50,705 nt of DNA from Bacteroidales bacterium. GTDB taxonomy: Bacteria; Bacteroidota; Bacteroidia; Bacteroidales; UBA4181. Positions 1 through 9,904 of this stretch are shown piece after piece. The DNA lies in contig JAVBPN010000223.1 of NCBI GenBank assembly GCA_031549585.1, positions 1 to 50,705 of the forward strand, in the 5' to 3' direction. Every line of letters starts with the position of its first letter. Position 1 is the first letter of the stretch. The position numbers were made by a program, and so were the translations under genes. The notes under the pieces are model-generated. The model saw nothing but the letters and a program-made list of their open reading frames with translations. It did not search any database and was not told the DNA's origin.

Positions 1-1
1 A

Positions 2-214
2 ACTTTTACTTTTGGGTCAGGCATGATCGACGTTGATCCTAAATTCGTCAATCCATCTGCTAGACAATATCAATTATCTTCTTCTTCACCATGCATTGAC
101 GCTGGTGATCCAGATAGCAAATGGAATGATGTTAATTTTCCGCCAAGTCGCGGTACTGTTCGAAATGATATGGGGACATATGGGGGAAAAGTTGCTAAAC
201 AACCATACCAATAA
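2..214 (+). CDS. C-terminal fragment of a secreted beta-helix-type protein (5' end lies outside the window)
   Basis: The frame is open from position 2 with no stop before the listed ATG at 23. The tail motif SPCIDAGDP...RNDMGTYGG resembles the C-terminal region common in parallel beta-helix repeat proteins. Stop codon TAA at 212-214. Confidence 0.5.
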   Translation, partial: TFTFGSGMIDVDPKFVNPSARQYQLSSSSPCIDAGDPDSKWNDVNFPPSRGTVRNDMGTYGGKVAKQPYQ

Positions 215-278
215 GGTAAATGCTAAATATTAATCCAAAAGGAATAATCGTCTATTTTCATAAAAGTAATTGCAAAAA

Positions 279-1418
279 TTAATGTTTTTTATCATTCGTT
301 ATTTGTCGGTAAATATCCAAATAATGAGGGATAATATGTTCCCATGTATTTTGGCTTACTTTAACATATGCGGCATTAGCTAATTGTTGTATTTGGGCGG
401 GATTCATAATAAGTTCATCAAGTTGTTTTTCAAACTCATCATATTCGGAACAAAATATCATTTCTTTTCCATCGTCAAACACCCCATCAACACCTTCGTC
501 CCGATGGCAAATCACAGCATTATGTTTGGCTGCGGCTTCGAGATATACCAATCCAAATGTTTCATTGACGCTTGGTAATGCAAAAATGTGGCTTTTTTCC
601 AGCATAGTCAGAACTTCATCATGACTGATTTTCCCCAGAAAATGAATATTGGAAACATCGTTGGATAATTGTTGTAATGCATCTCGACAAACACCGTCGC
701 CGGCAATTAAGACTTGAATATTTTGCTTATCAGTATATTTTTTAACTGCCCGAATTACCCAATCAATATTTTTTCGCCGGATTAGCTCAGCTACTACTGA
801 TATAGTAATTAGAGCGTCTGTTTTCTTTGTAGTAGCATTCAATATATTGCTTTCCATTCCGTGTGGAATCAAAACACTATCAAAGCCCAATTGCGCAATC
901 AATTCTTGTTGAGGCCGGTTATGGACAATTATTTTATCAGCATTTTTTAATACAGTAATAAACTTTTTACTAACAATACCCTTACAACCAAGCGTTTTTA
1001 AATGTCGCACATCACTTGCTCTCACCGATACTACATATGGAGTACTATATTTTTGCTTGATTCGGTAAGCGATATAACCATCGGGCATAATGAAGTGAGC
1101 ATGACACAGATCGGGTAATTTTTTTTCATCTATATAATGCTTCGGACGGACGGCATCAATCAATAAGTAAGATAATTTTTTGCCCGGAAGCCGAGGATAA
1201 CACACCGGTTTCACTATGAAATCTCCATCCGTCCATGGTTTCAAATTCACTAATTGCTTATACTTTTTCATGAAAGAAAATGGAGGAAAAACAATGGCTG
1301 CAGGAAAAACAAATGATATGTCACACGATAGTGACAATTTTTCGGCAATAGTTAATATGATCCGGTTGTTTTTTTGCTTCGGTAGAGGAATATTATTGGC
1401 AATATACAAGACCTTCAT
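279..1418 (-). CDS. Glycosyltransferase family 4 (Glycos_transf_1 type)
   Basis: 379 aa with an ATG start (MKVLYIANN). The C-terminal half has the GT1/GT4 signature ETFGLVYLEAAAKHNAVICHRDEGVDG (E-x7-E-like region). Confidence 0.85.
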   Translation of the reverse strand: MKVLYIANNIPLPKQKNNRIILTIAEKLSLSCDISFVFPAAIVFPPFSFMKKYKQLVNLKPWTDGDFIVKPVCYPRLPGKKLSYLLIDAVRPKHYIDEKKLPDLCHAHFIMPDGYIAYRIKQKYSTPYVVSVRASDVRHLKTLGCKGIVSKKFITVLKNADKIIVHNRPQQELIAQLGFDSVLIPHGMESNILNATTKKTDALITISVVAELIRRKNIDWVIRAVKKYTDKQNIQVLIAGDGVCRDALQQLSNDVSNIHFLGKISHDEVLTMLEKSHIFALPSVNETFGLVYLEAAAKHNAVICHRDEGVDGVFDDGKEMIFCSEYDEFEKQLDELIMNPAQIQQLANAAYVKVSQNTWEHIIPHYLDIYRQITNDKKH

Positions 1419-1519
1419 GCTTTTGTTTGTGATTGATATAGCCTTTTAATTTATAGTTTCGATTAATAATTAGATAATGATTTTACGATTTTTGATTTCT
1501 CAGGAAAAATCAAATTAAA

Positions 1520-3190
1520 CTAATGCGAAGCATTCTCCACAGCAGGCTTTTGTGTTACTTCTCCTGTATCGGTTTGATTAGCTGTCGCAGAATCAATTTT
1601 ATCAAAAAAGAATGTTCGCTCGGTAGTATTGCCATATAAATCGGTTACTTTAATCTCAAATGCGTCTTTATTACCGATGTCTATGATGGAAGAAAATACA
1701 GGATTGGATGTATCCTGATCGAAATCTACAGGTTTCCCATCAATGGTAATAGAAGCAATTGCACTGTCATCTGTGATTTTTCCTTCAATGTAGAGCGTAT
1801 TGCTTCCAGCAATAACGGTAACTACTCCGCTATCTGTTGCTTTAGGAGTGTACAGAGCGATTTCAGGGGCTGATATCTCATTTCGTACCAACCTGTATGT
1901 CAACTTATCTGTATTGTCATATACATCAGCAACCGCTATATTAAGATATTGTGTTGTATCAGTTGCCACTTCCGTTTCAAAATGAAACTCATTTCCCGCT
2001 TTCGTTAAAGAAACTTTTTTCCCGTTTATAGTAAATGAACCAATGGGACTTTCATCAATCACAATACCTTTCAATATTATTGTTTTTTGATTCTCCGGCA
2101 ATTGTATGCTGAAATTTTCCGGCATTGGCCCGGTTAATATCAATTGAGGAGCATGAGTTTCCCTATTTAATTCGAAAATTTGTCGATTAGCCAATTGGGT
2201 AATGGTTTCTTTTTCCGAATAAAGATGCGCATTAGCCAATAATTTTTCATAATCAGCCAACGCCGACTTTTTATCGCCGATCTTGGCAGAACATTCAGCC
2301 TTGCCAGCCAAAGCTTGCCAATAATCAGGATTAAGTGTCAACGAGCGGTCAAAATCCTTGATTGCGTCCTGCGGTTTGTTATCTCCTTGATAATATGTCC
2401 CTCTCCAATAATAAGCCATCGCATTCTCCGGATTCAATTTGATCACATAAGAAATATCATCAATTGCATCGTCAAAATGCTTCAGCATGGCAAATCCTCG
2501 ACTACGAGCAAGTAGTGCTTCTTCAGAATCAGGATTGATTGCCAAAGCTCCATCGGCTGCGGCTAATGCTTCTTCAGCCTTATTCATTTCTACAGCCAGA
2601 TTAGATGCTGCGATATACGCATCAATAAAGCCTTTATCTATTCTCGTTGCTTTAGCATATGCCCATTCCGCTTTTTGGCGAGCGTTCATCCTTTCGTTTA
2701 CTTGTCCTTGAAGAAAGTAATTCATAGCAGTTTCGCCGATCATTAATGTTGAGTCGCTGACTTTCAAAGCTTGATCGACTTTATTAAGATGAAGTAACGC
2801 CTGTATTTTGATATGATATGCAGGAAGATACTGCGGATTAAGCGCTGTGGCATGATTTAAACTTTTCAATGCTTCCGAATAGTTGCCGATTTTATATTGG
2901 CAATACCCGAGTCGATACCACAAAATTTCTTCATCAGAGTGTTCTTCAACTAGAAAAGTATAATCAGTTATAGCTTTTTCATATTGCCCCAGTTTTTCGT
3001 ATAAAATTGCTCGTGATTCACGTGATTCAGTGGGTCCCTGATCGTCAAGAATTTCTTGACTTAAGACCCTTATGCTGGATTCGATCTGTTCGGTCGACGT
3101 ATCATTGGATGATGACAAAGTATCGGGATCTTGAGCCTGTATGGTCCAAAGACACATACACGATAAAAATATTATTCCGAAACTCTTCAT
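1520..3190 (-). CDS. Secreted TPR-repeat protein with two C-terminal Ig-like modules
   Basis: The listed ORF starts at a TTG (3325). The internal ATG at 3190 gives MKSFGIIFLSCMCLWTIQAQD, a typical signal peptide. Multiple TPR-like repeats follow (YEKLGQYEKAI, YCQYKIGNYSEAL, YYWRGTYYQGDNKPQDAI). The C-terminus has two similar beta-rich modules (GKKVSL...VADVYDNT and GKPVDF...VTDLYGNT). Confidence 0.8.
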   Translation of the reverse strand: MKSFGIIFLSCMCLWTIQAQDPDTLSSSNDTSTEQIESSIRVLSQEILDDQGPTESRESRAILYEKLGQYEKAITDYTFLVEEHSDEEILWYRLGYCQYKIGNYSEALKSLNHATALNPQYLPAYHIKIQALLHLNKVDQALKVSDSTLMIGETAMNYFLQGQVNERMNARQKAEWAYAKATRIDKGFIDAYIAASNLAVEMNKAEEALAAADGALAINPDSEEALLARSRGFAMLKHFDDAIDDISYVIKLNPENAMAYYWRGTYYQGDNKPQDAIKDFDRSLTLNPDYWQALAGKAECSAKIGDKKSALADYEKLLANAHLYSEKETITQLANRQIFELNRETHAPQLILTGPMPENFSIQLPENQKTIILKGIVIDESPIGSFTINGKKVSLTKAGNEFHFETEVATDTTQYLNIAVADVYDNTDKLTYRLVRNEISAPEIALYTPKATDSGVVTVIAGSNTLYIEGKITDDSAIASITIDGKPVDFDQDTSNPVFSSIIDIGNKDAFEIKVTDLYGNTTERTFFFDKIDSATANQTDTGEVTQKPAVENASH

Positions 3191-3611
3191 CCGAATCAAA
3201 TTGTTTTCAAAAACCAGACATGTGCTTGTAACCCAAGATTTTATCCTTCTAACAATATTCACTGAATGCTTAAAAAATCTATCAGAGCTACAAAGAATTG
3301 TTTTCCAATCATTACCACTATGCAAAAGTATGCTTCTTTGCTCACCAATCCAAGCAAATAATGCTAATTATTTGTATTCAAATATCATGCCGCCTTACTG
3401 TCAAAAATGTTTGAAACGTTTTGATTTTGAAAACAATATGCATTAAGGCTTGTTTAAAAGAATCGATGAATGATTTTTATGTGATTTGTGAAATATTCTG
3501 AAAATCAACATCATTCATTTGCAATATTCTTATTTATTGGTAATTTTATGATGAACAAACAGATCATTTTATGTGTTTCAACCACGTAATAAATTCAATC
3601 TTTCATGCAAG

Positions 3612-4058
3612 ATGAATAGGAATCCAAACGACAGGGATTACACCAACGGAGAAATAACGGTTCATTGGCGGCCGGCAGAATGTATCCACGATACGACTTG
3701 TTTTGTAAAGTTGCGTTCTGTCTTTAATCCGGGTAGACGCCCGTGGGTGGATATGTTTGGCGCTACAACAGAACAAATTATCGATATTGTAGACCAATGT
3801 CCGACCAATGCATTGACATACAGTTGGAATAAAGATGTTGATTCCGACCAAAAAAGATTAAACCAAAATGAGAATAAATTATCCATCAAAGTATTAAGAA
3901 ATGGTCCATTGGTTTGCAAAGGTGATTTCATATTATCCGACCAGGAAGGAAAAGTGTTTTCAACTCAATCGTCAGTTACTTTATGTCGTTGCGCTTATTC
4001 AAGAAGACAACCATATTGCGACGGACGGCACAAAATGATGGGATTTTCAGATCAATAA
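3612..4058 (+). CDS. Iron-sulfur protein: divergent 4Fe-4S mono-cluster-like N-domain fused to a CDGSH-type domain
   Basis: The listed ORF begins at GTG 3573, and ATG 3612 (MNRNPND) is the more likely start. The N-terminal ITVHWRPAECIHDTTCF...CPTNAL resembles the (4Fe-4S)-binding Fer4_19-type family. The C-terminal CRCAYSRRQPYCDGRH matches the CDGSH cluster-binding motif. Confidence 0.75.
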   Translation: MNRNPNDRDYTNGEITVHWRPAECIHDTTCFVKLRSVFNPGRRPWVDMFGATTEQIIDIVDQCPTNALTYSWNKDVDSDQKRLNQNENKLSIKVLRNGPLVCKGDFILSDQEGKVFSTQSSVTLCRCAYSRRQPYCDGRHKMMGFSDQ

Positions 4059-4062
4059 ATCT

Positions 4063-4272
4063 ATGGCAGAATCAATAAATCCAGCACGCATTACTATTTG
4101 TCCACATGGCCCGATGAAAGTGGAAGGGCTTTGTGAATTATATGATGCAGATGGTTGTTTGGTCAGAATAGACAAAGAAGTATCTTTGTGTCGTTGCGGG
4201 CGTTCACAAAACAAGCCTTTTTGCGATCAATCCCATAGAAAACATAAATGGCCGGTAAAAGATAGTTTTTAA
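4063..4272 (+). CDS. Small CDGSH-type iron-sulfur domain protein
   Basis: 69 aa with an ATG start 4 nt after the previous stop. CRCGRSQNKPFCDQSH is a CDGSH-like motif. Confidence 0.75.
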   Translation: MAESINPARITICPHGPMKVEGLCELYDADGCLVRIDKEVSLCRCGRSQNKPFCDQSHRKHKWPVKDSF

Positions 4273-4344
4273 CTCCAACAATAACTTGCTTCAATTCGGA
4301 CCATTACATAATTATTTTCAAACTGGTTATTAATTATTAATCCT

Positions 4345-6429
4345 CTATTCCTTCACCATTTTTACTGTTTGTACTTTACCTTGAAGTTCCAACTGAACGA
4401 AATATATCCCTTTGGATAAATCTGTTATGTCTATATAGATTTCAGTTGATGTAACAACAATTGCACGTACTACTTTTCCTGTAATATTGATGATTCGAAT
4501 GGTTGTTGGCGCTTCAATACCAGTTATAGTAACAAATTCGGTTGCCGGATTTGGATAGATTTTTATTACAGAAATATTAAAATCATTGAGAGCCGTTGCT
4601 GACATAATCGTAAAATCAGCACTTATAAACGTAATCGTATAATTGTCGCCGGCTGTCAGAGTTCCTTGTTTAATCTGGTAAGTTCCCACTAATTCGCCAT
4701 CTTCACGAATTAGTGCCCCGTCCAGGGCATCATTTGACAGCAAATCTCCAGAAGTCAGGGTATAAGTTAATAGGGGGTCTGGTTCTCCTTGTTTCTTACT
4801 TTGTCCGAGATTTGCTGTTATTGTCAGTGGCCGAGGAGCGATTTCAACTATATTTGAACGAAGTACACATATGCCCGAAGAAATTGCCACATAGTATGTT
4901 CCTATACTATTAGGCATGTATATGTTGGAGTTAGCCCCATCTATTGTTACGCCAGATTCATACCATTGGTAAGTCAGGTTTTCTCCAGTCGCAACCACCG
5001 ATAATGCGTTTCCGTATATATCATCTTGAGGTTGAGTGATAATAGCTGGATTTATACTAAGGGTGTAATCTAAAGAAACAACCGATCCAGAGTAAAAATT
5101 AAAATCATTATTAACAGTGATGCTTAAGTTATATGTTCCTCCTTGTGTGGGAACTCCCGATAAACTTATGTTTCTAGATAGTTCATCATATTCAAATGAC
5201 ATACCCATAGGCAGGATCCCTGACAAAATGACCTTAATTTCGGGTGTTCCATCAATAATCCAATTTTCATTAAAAGGATTTCCTGCACAAGCGTTGCCAC
5301 TTGTTGCACCATCGATGCTTGGATCGATTCCAACAACTACACGAATATCTGCTAAACGGAATATTTCGTTATCTTCAATTTGACCGGTTTCATTCAAATC
5401 ATAAGCAAATTGTAAGGTATAAAGCCCTGCATCATCCATAGTAATATTGCTTTTTAAATAGTCAGGAGATCCGAATTCACCAACGATAGGCGATCCGTCC
5501 TTATACCACTGCATATTACCTATGCCACTCATTACATCCAACCCTGATTCCAACCGTAACTCGTCACCCGGGGCAAGTAACAAAATAGATGGCATGATGA
5601 TATCTTTTACCACAGATTTTGTGCCTGCCTGCAAAGGAATTTCCACAAGATTCCCATATTGACTAATATCAGGAGCCAGCACAAGCAACGGATGCCCTGC
5701 GGAATATAAACCTGTTCCCATATAAGGCGGTTGAGTTGGCAATTCTACAACTTGAAGAACCAAACACCCAGAAAATGCAGCTGGACCAATCCTTGTAACT
5801 GCGGGTAAAGAAACAGAAGATAACGATACACAACTATGAAAAGCAGTAATTCCAATGTTTGTAACTGCTGGTAGGACAATGGAAGATAGTGATACGCAAT
5901 TCTCAAATGTTCCTCTTCCAATGCTTTCAACTATTGGCAAAGAAACTGCAGATAATAACGTACAATATGAAAATGCCCCCTCTCCAATATCTGTACTTGA
6001 TGGTAAAGAAATTTCAGGTAAAGATGAACACTGCGAAAAGGCAGAAGCTCCAACATTTTCAACTTTTGGTAAGAAAAATGAAATCAATGATTTGCAGGAG
6101 GCAAACGCAGCTTCTCCAATATTAATAATATGTTCAGCATGGATAGATAACAAAGAAGTGTTATACTCATCTTTATGAAACGCTTCTTCAGGAATTTCGG
6201 TATTGCCTGTTTTAAGCACCAAATGGTAAGCTTTTGTGGCATCCCTGAGTATAGACCAATCTGTAGCTTCCAAATCAGATCCACTAACTACCAAAATATC
6301 GTTATCGGTAAAAGCAGTAGGGAATGTGATATCTATATCGCTTGTTTTTATTATAGAATGAGTAGTTTGTGCATGAGAAATAATTGTATAAACCAGTAAA
6401 AAACAACATAAAGTAAATTTTATTTTCAT
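4345..6429 (-). CDS. Surface protein: BspA-type leucine-rich repeats, Ig-like and MBG-like region, T9SS C-terminal sorting domain
   Basis: The listed start at 6435 is TTG. ATG at 6429 gives MKIKFTLCCFLLVYTIISHAQ, a signal peptide. There are repeated ~22-aa LRR units (xSLxSVSLPxVxxIGxxAFxxC). YTITFISADFTI is MBG-like. The tail IKIYPNPATEFVTI...GIYFVQLELQGKVQTVKMVKE is a typical Por/T9SS C-terminal domain. Confidence 0.85.
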   Translation of the reverse strand: MKIKFTLCCFLLVYTIISHAQTTHSIIKTSDIDITFPTAFTDNDILVVSGSDLEATDWSILRDATKAYHLVLKTGNTEIPEEAFHKDEYNTSLLSIHAEHIINIGEAAFASCKSLISFFLPKVENVGASAFSQCSSLPEISLPSSTDIGEGAFSYCTLLSAVSLPIVESIGRGTFENCVSLSSIVLPAVTNIGITAFHSCVSLSSVSLPAVTRIGPAAFSGCLVLQVVELPTQPPYMGTGLYSAGHPLLVLAPDISQYGNLVEIPLQAGTKSVVKDIIMPSILLLAPGDELRLESGLDVMSGIGNMQWYKDGSPIVGEFGSPDYLKSNITMDDAGLYTLQFAYDLNETGQIEDNEIFRLADIRVVVGIDPSIDGATSGNACAGNPFNENWIIDGTPEIKVILSGILPMGMSFEYDELSRNISLSGVPTQGGTYNLSITVNNDFNFYSGSVVSLDYTLSINPAIITQPQDDIYGNALSVVATGENLTYQWYESGVTIDGANSNIYMPNSIGTYYVAISSGICVLRSNIVEIAPRPLTITANLGQSKKQGEPDPLLTYTLTSGDLLSNDALDGALIREDGELVGTYQIKQGTLTAGDNYTITFISADFTIMSATALNDFNISVIKIYPNPATEFVTITGIEAPTTIRIINITGKVVRAIVVTSTEIYIDITDLSKGIYFVQLELQGKVQTVKMVKE

Positions 6430-6667
6430 AATCAATGTATTAATAATGATTCTGTGGTAATCTATTCTTAGACATACATGTTATCTTGCTATTATTGATG
6501 ATATTTATTCAGCAATTAATAGACATCATAATTTTCCTTTGGTTTAACTATAAGCATGCAAATAACATGTTGTTAATTCAAACCAAAGATATAATTATTT
6601 TTGAACAATAAAAAGTGTCAATTCAAGTTATATTCTCTTCTTACAAGTAAGTAAATACTCTTCAAGA

Positions 6668-9600
6668 TTATATGGCTTTATTGAGTTTCACATTCTTTTT
6701 CCTTTTAAAGAAAAATAATGGTAAATAAAATAATATCCCTACCAATGAAAACAATAACCCGCCCATCGTTCCAGCGGCAAGAGCAAACCAGAATGGCTCC
6801 CGATGTTCTCCCACAATGAAAGGTGTTAACCCAAGTATGGTAGAAAGAATGGTAAGCATCACGGGTGTTATTTTGCCATGTAATGCTTGCATATAAAGAC
6901 GATGCGACGAGCAGGGAGAATTTTTTCTTAAATTGTTGTAATCATTAATGATATATATGGCCGCATTTACAGTGAGCCCACAAAGCAGAACCAATGCGGC
7001 AAAACCACCTTGGTCAAAGTTCAAGTGGAATAGATAAAATGTGAGAAACAATCCAATAAAAGCAAATGGGACTAAAGCAATGACTGCCAACGGTTGCCAT
7101 AACGACTCAAATAGTATAGCACAAAGCACATACATAACCGCCATGATTAATAAGATAAGCCAATATTGTTTCTTTTCCTTTTGCCAGCCATACCAGCCTA
7201 TTAATTCAGCTTTATAACCCAACGGCAATATCTCATTTGTTTCCTTTACCGTTTGTTCATGCAATTGGTTACCAAATTTGGATGATCCGATGTAGTCATA
7301 ACTTACGATCATGGTATATTGTTGGTTTTCTTTACAAACTTCCTGTTGTTCGGGCTCTTTTACCATTTCACTTATTGATGACAATTTCAGATAACTATCA
7401 CCCAAATGCAATAAGTTGTTGTACAAAATCCAACGGTCTGTTTCGGCCAATTGCTGGGCTCGATATCTAATTTGTTGATATGTCCCGTCAATAACAGCGC
7501 CATATGCTGTTTGTTCGTTGCCAGCAGCATTTCGTATCATGCTAAAATACATAGGTAGAGAAATACCGCTCATGGCTAAACGCCCAATATCCGGTGTGAT
7601 TGTAAATTCACGATTCGTATTTTTCTCATAAGTATATCGACTCATGATATTTACTTCTTTGATACGGGGATTTACCATAAGCCTTTTGCCAATATCCTCT
7701 GCATAACCATATAATTGATCATAATTATATCCGTATAATTGCATTCGGTATGAACCGGAGCTCTCGTATAGCCGGTTTGAAAAAGCATCCCCCAAACCAG
7801 AAACTACCCAATCGGCAGCACCGGAACTAATGCCCCATGTAATCAACCGACTTTTCAAATCATAAGGAAAGTAGCCAAATTCATATTCTTTTTTGAATGT
7901 GATGTTGATGCTGGCGTTTTGCGCATTATATATATTTGTTTGAAAGCGGTCAATCTCTTTAAATCCTGAGAGGTATTGCTCTAAGGCTTCCATAGATTGG
8001 TTCATCTGAACGATGGTTGCTCCCGGAGGCATATAGGCACGAACATGCAATGTGGTACGCGAACGATCCGGATTCCACTGCGATCCTTCATAAACGAACT
8101 GTGCAAAGAGCCGTAAACTGCCTCCTAAAGCTTTGTCAACAACGGGTTTGGCCTTTTCAATATACCATGAACTGCCCAATGTTTTATTGTAAAGTTCCGC
8201 CCAACGACTTTCATCTTCTATTTTATTGGGTAACAGGAATACCGGAAGTCCGAATCCTATAATAAAAATGATCCATGCAATCCAGCGATAACGCCGTATC
8301 CTAAGAAGAACAGATGTATAAATGCGGGATGAAAAGGCTGTACCTCTTCTCTTACCTTTTCTTAAAAGAGACGGAAGAAACCTTTGGGGAATTGTTAATC
8401 TTTTTCTTTTCGATTTTTTAGGTATAGTCGTTTGACTTGGAGAAGGACTTAGTTTGGAATACAATGCCGGAGTGAGAAACCATGCGCTAGCCAAAGATAC
8501 AAATAAGTTGATGATCACTACTATAGCAAAGTCGCTCAAATTAATTTTAATACGATCGTCTAAAAAGAAGACCGCAGAAAGTGAAATAGCAGTAGTAAGT
8601 GTTGCCGCCAGAATAGCCACAAATACATTTTTATTGCCACGGCTTCGCATATGTTCCACCATCACGATGGCATTGTCAATGATTAACCCCAATGAAATAG
8701 TGATACCTGCCAGTGAATAGATATGTATTTCAATACCCAAAAGATAATACATCCCTAAAGCAATACAGATATTGACAATAATGCTTAGTAGAATGATCAT
8801 CAGGAAACGGAACTTACGCGTCACAAGCAGGATAAATAACAAAAGGATGCAAATCGTTGCAATGGTACGTGTATAAATCTTGTCAAGCTCTTCTCCGATA
8901 TATTCTGTGGAATCGTAAGTATTTATTAGTACATAACCTTTAGGTAATGAGGGCTCTAATTCCTTGATCTTCTTTTTTACTTCTTGCGCCAATACAATAT
9001 GGTTGGCTTGTGACGAGGCATACATTACCAAATTGATGGTGCTCATTCCGTTGATGCGGTAATATGACGTAGGCTCTTGTTCTATATGTCTCACAGTAGC
9101 CACATCGCCAAGATGCACTACACGTCCTTCAGATAATTGGATGGGTATTTCTTCGAGGCGAGTACGATGCGCATTGGGATTGCCGATGGTCAGCTGCATC
9201 CATGCTTTGTTCCCTTTATCATCGGTATCTTGCACCATACCCAGCGAAACAATTGCATAGTGGCGGGCAATAGCTTGCTGCAACGCATAAGTTGTCATGC
9301 CAATGGCTTGTAATTGCTCAGCATCGTACTCGACCATCCACTGGTAAGGAGAAGCGCCATATACGGTAATACGATTGACCCCATCAATCTGAGCCAGCAC
9401 AGGCTTAATCTGTTCTTCGGCGTATTGTTGTATCCCGGCAGGATTTGCAGAAGCTTGTAACGAATAAACCAACAATTCAGCTTCTTGTTCGTCGTTGGGA
9501 CGGTTAAGTGATAATATAGGAAAACTAACGCCTTCGGGTAATTTCGGATAAAGTTGCCGGACAGCCGATGCGACCTCAAAACGTGCCGCATCCATATCCA

Positions 9601-9877
9601 CTGTTTTATCAAATTCAATGGTGATGTAGCCGCTGTTGTTCCGTGATGTGGACAGGATTCTACGAATACCATGTATGCGATTCAGTCCTCCTTCAAGCAT
9701 CGCAGTCGCTTCTTGTTCAATCACCCGTCCCGACACATTAGACCAGGAATAGCTCACCGTTACCGACGGAAGGGTACGAGATGGTTGCCATTGCACATGC
9801 AGCAATGGCAAAAACGCTAATCCTGCAATGCTTAGCGTTACCCAAATGAGCAATACGGTGAAAGAAGAAAGTTTCAA
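6668..9877 (-). CDS. Efflux RND transporter permease (AcrB/MdtC-like), second pump gene of the operon
   Basis: 1069 aa with AcrB-family layout: large periplasmic loops and two clusters of TM helices. It starts at TTG, with no in-frame ATG between it and the upstream stop at 9905. It lacks the usual xFxIxRP N-terminus. A Lys/Arg-rich insert (PKKSKRKRLTIPQRFLPSLLRKGKRRG) sits mid-protein. Confidence 0.85.
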   Translation of the reverse strand: MKLSSFTVLLIWVTLSIAGLAFLPLLHVQWQPSRTLPSVTVSYSWSNVSGRVIEQEATAMLEGGLNRIHGIRRILSTSRNNSGYITIEFDKTVDMDAARFEVASAVRQLYPKLPEGVSFPILSLNRPNDEQEAELLVYSLQASANPAGIQQYAEEQIKPVLAQIDGVNRITVYGASPYQWMVEYDAEQLQAIGMTTYALQQAIARHYAIVSLGMVQDTDDKGNKAWMQLTIGNPNAHRTRLEEIPIQLSEGRVVHLGDVATVRHIEQEPTSYYRINGMSTINLVMYASSQANHIVLAQEVKKKIKELEPSLPKGYVLINTYDSTEYIGEELDKIYTRTIATICILLLFILLVTRKFRFLMIILLSIIVNICIALGMYYLLGIEIHIYSLAGITISLGLIIDNAIVMVEHMRSRGNKNVFVAILAATLTTAISLSAVFFLDDRIKINLSDFAIVVIINLFVSLASAWFLTPALYSKLSPSPSQTTIPKKSKRKRLTIPQRFLPSLLRKGKRRGTAFSSRIYTSVLLRIRRYRWIAWIIFIIGFGLPVFLLPNKIEDESRWAELYNKTLGSSWYIEKAKPVVDKALGGSLRLFAQFVYEGSQWNPDRSRTTLHVRAYMPPGATIVQMNQSMEALEQYLSGFKEIDRFQTNIYNAQNASINITFKKEYEFGYFPYDLKSRLITWGISSGAADWVVSGLGDAFSNRLYESSGSYRMQLYGYNYDQLYGYAEDIGKRLMVNPRIKEVNIMSRYTYEKNTNREFTITPDIGRLAMSGISLPMYFSMIRNAAGNEQTAYGAVIDGTYQQIRYRAQQLAETDRWILYNNLLHLGDSYLKLSSISEMVKEPEQQEVCKENQQYTMIVSYDYIGSSKFGNQLHEQTVKETNEILPLGYKAELIGWYGWQKEKKQYWLILLIMAVMYVLCAILFESLWQPLAVIALVPFAFIGLFLTFYLFHLNFDQGGFAALVLLCGLTVNAAIYIINDYNNLRKNSPCSSHRLYMQALHGKITPVMLTILSTILGLTPFIVGEHREPFWFALAAGTMGGLLFSLVGILFYLPLFFFKRKKNVKLNKAI

Positions 9878-9904
9878 TTTGATAAAATTGATATTGTTTG
9901 CTTT

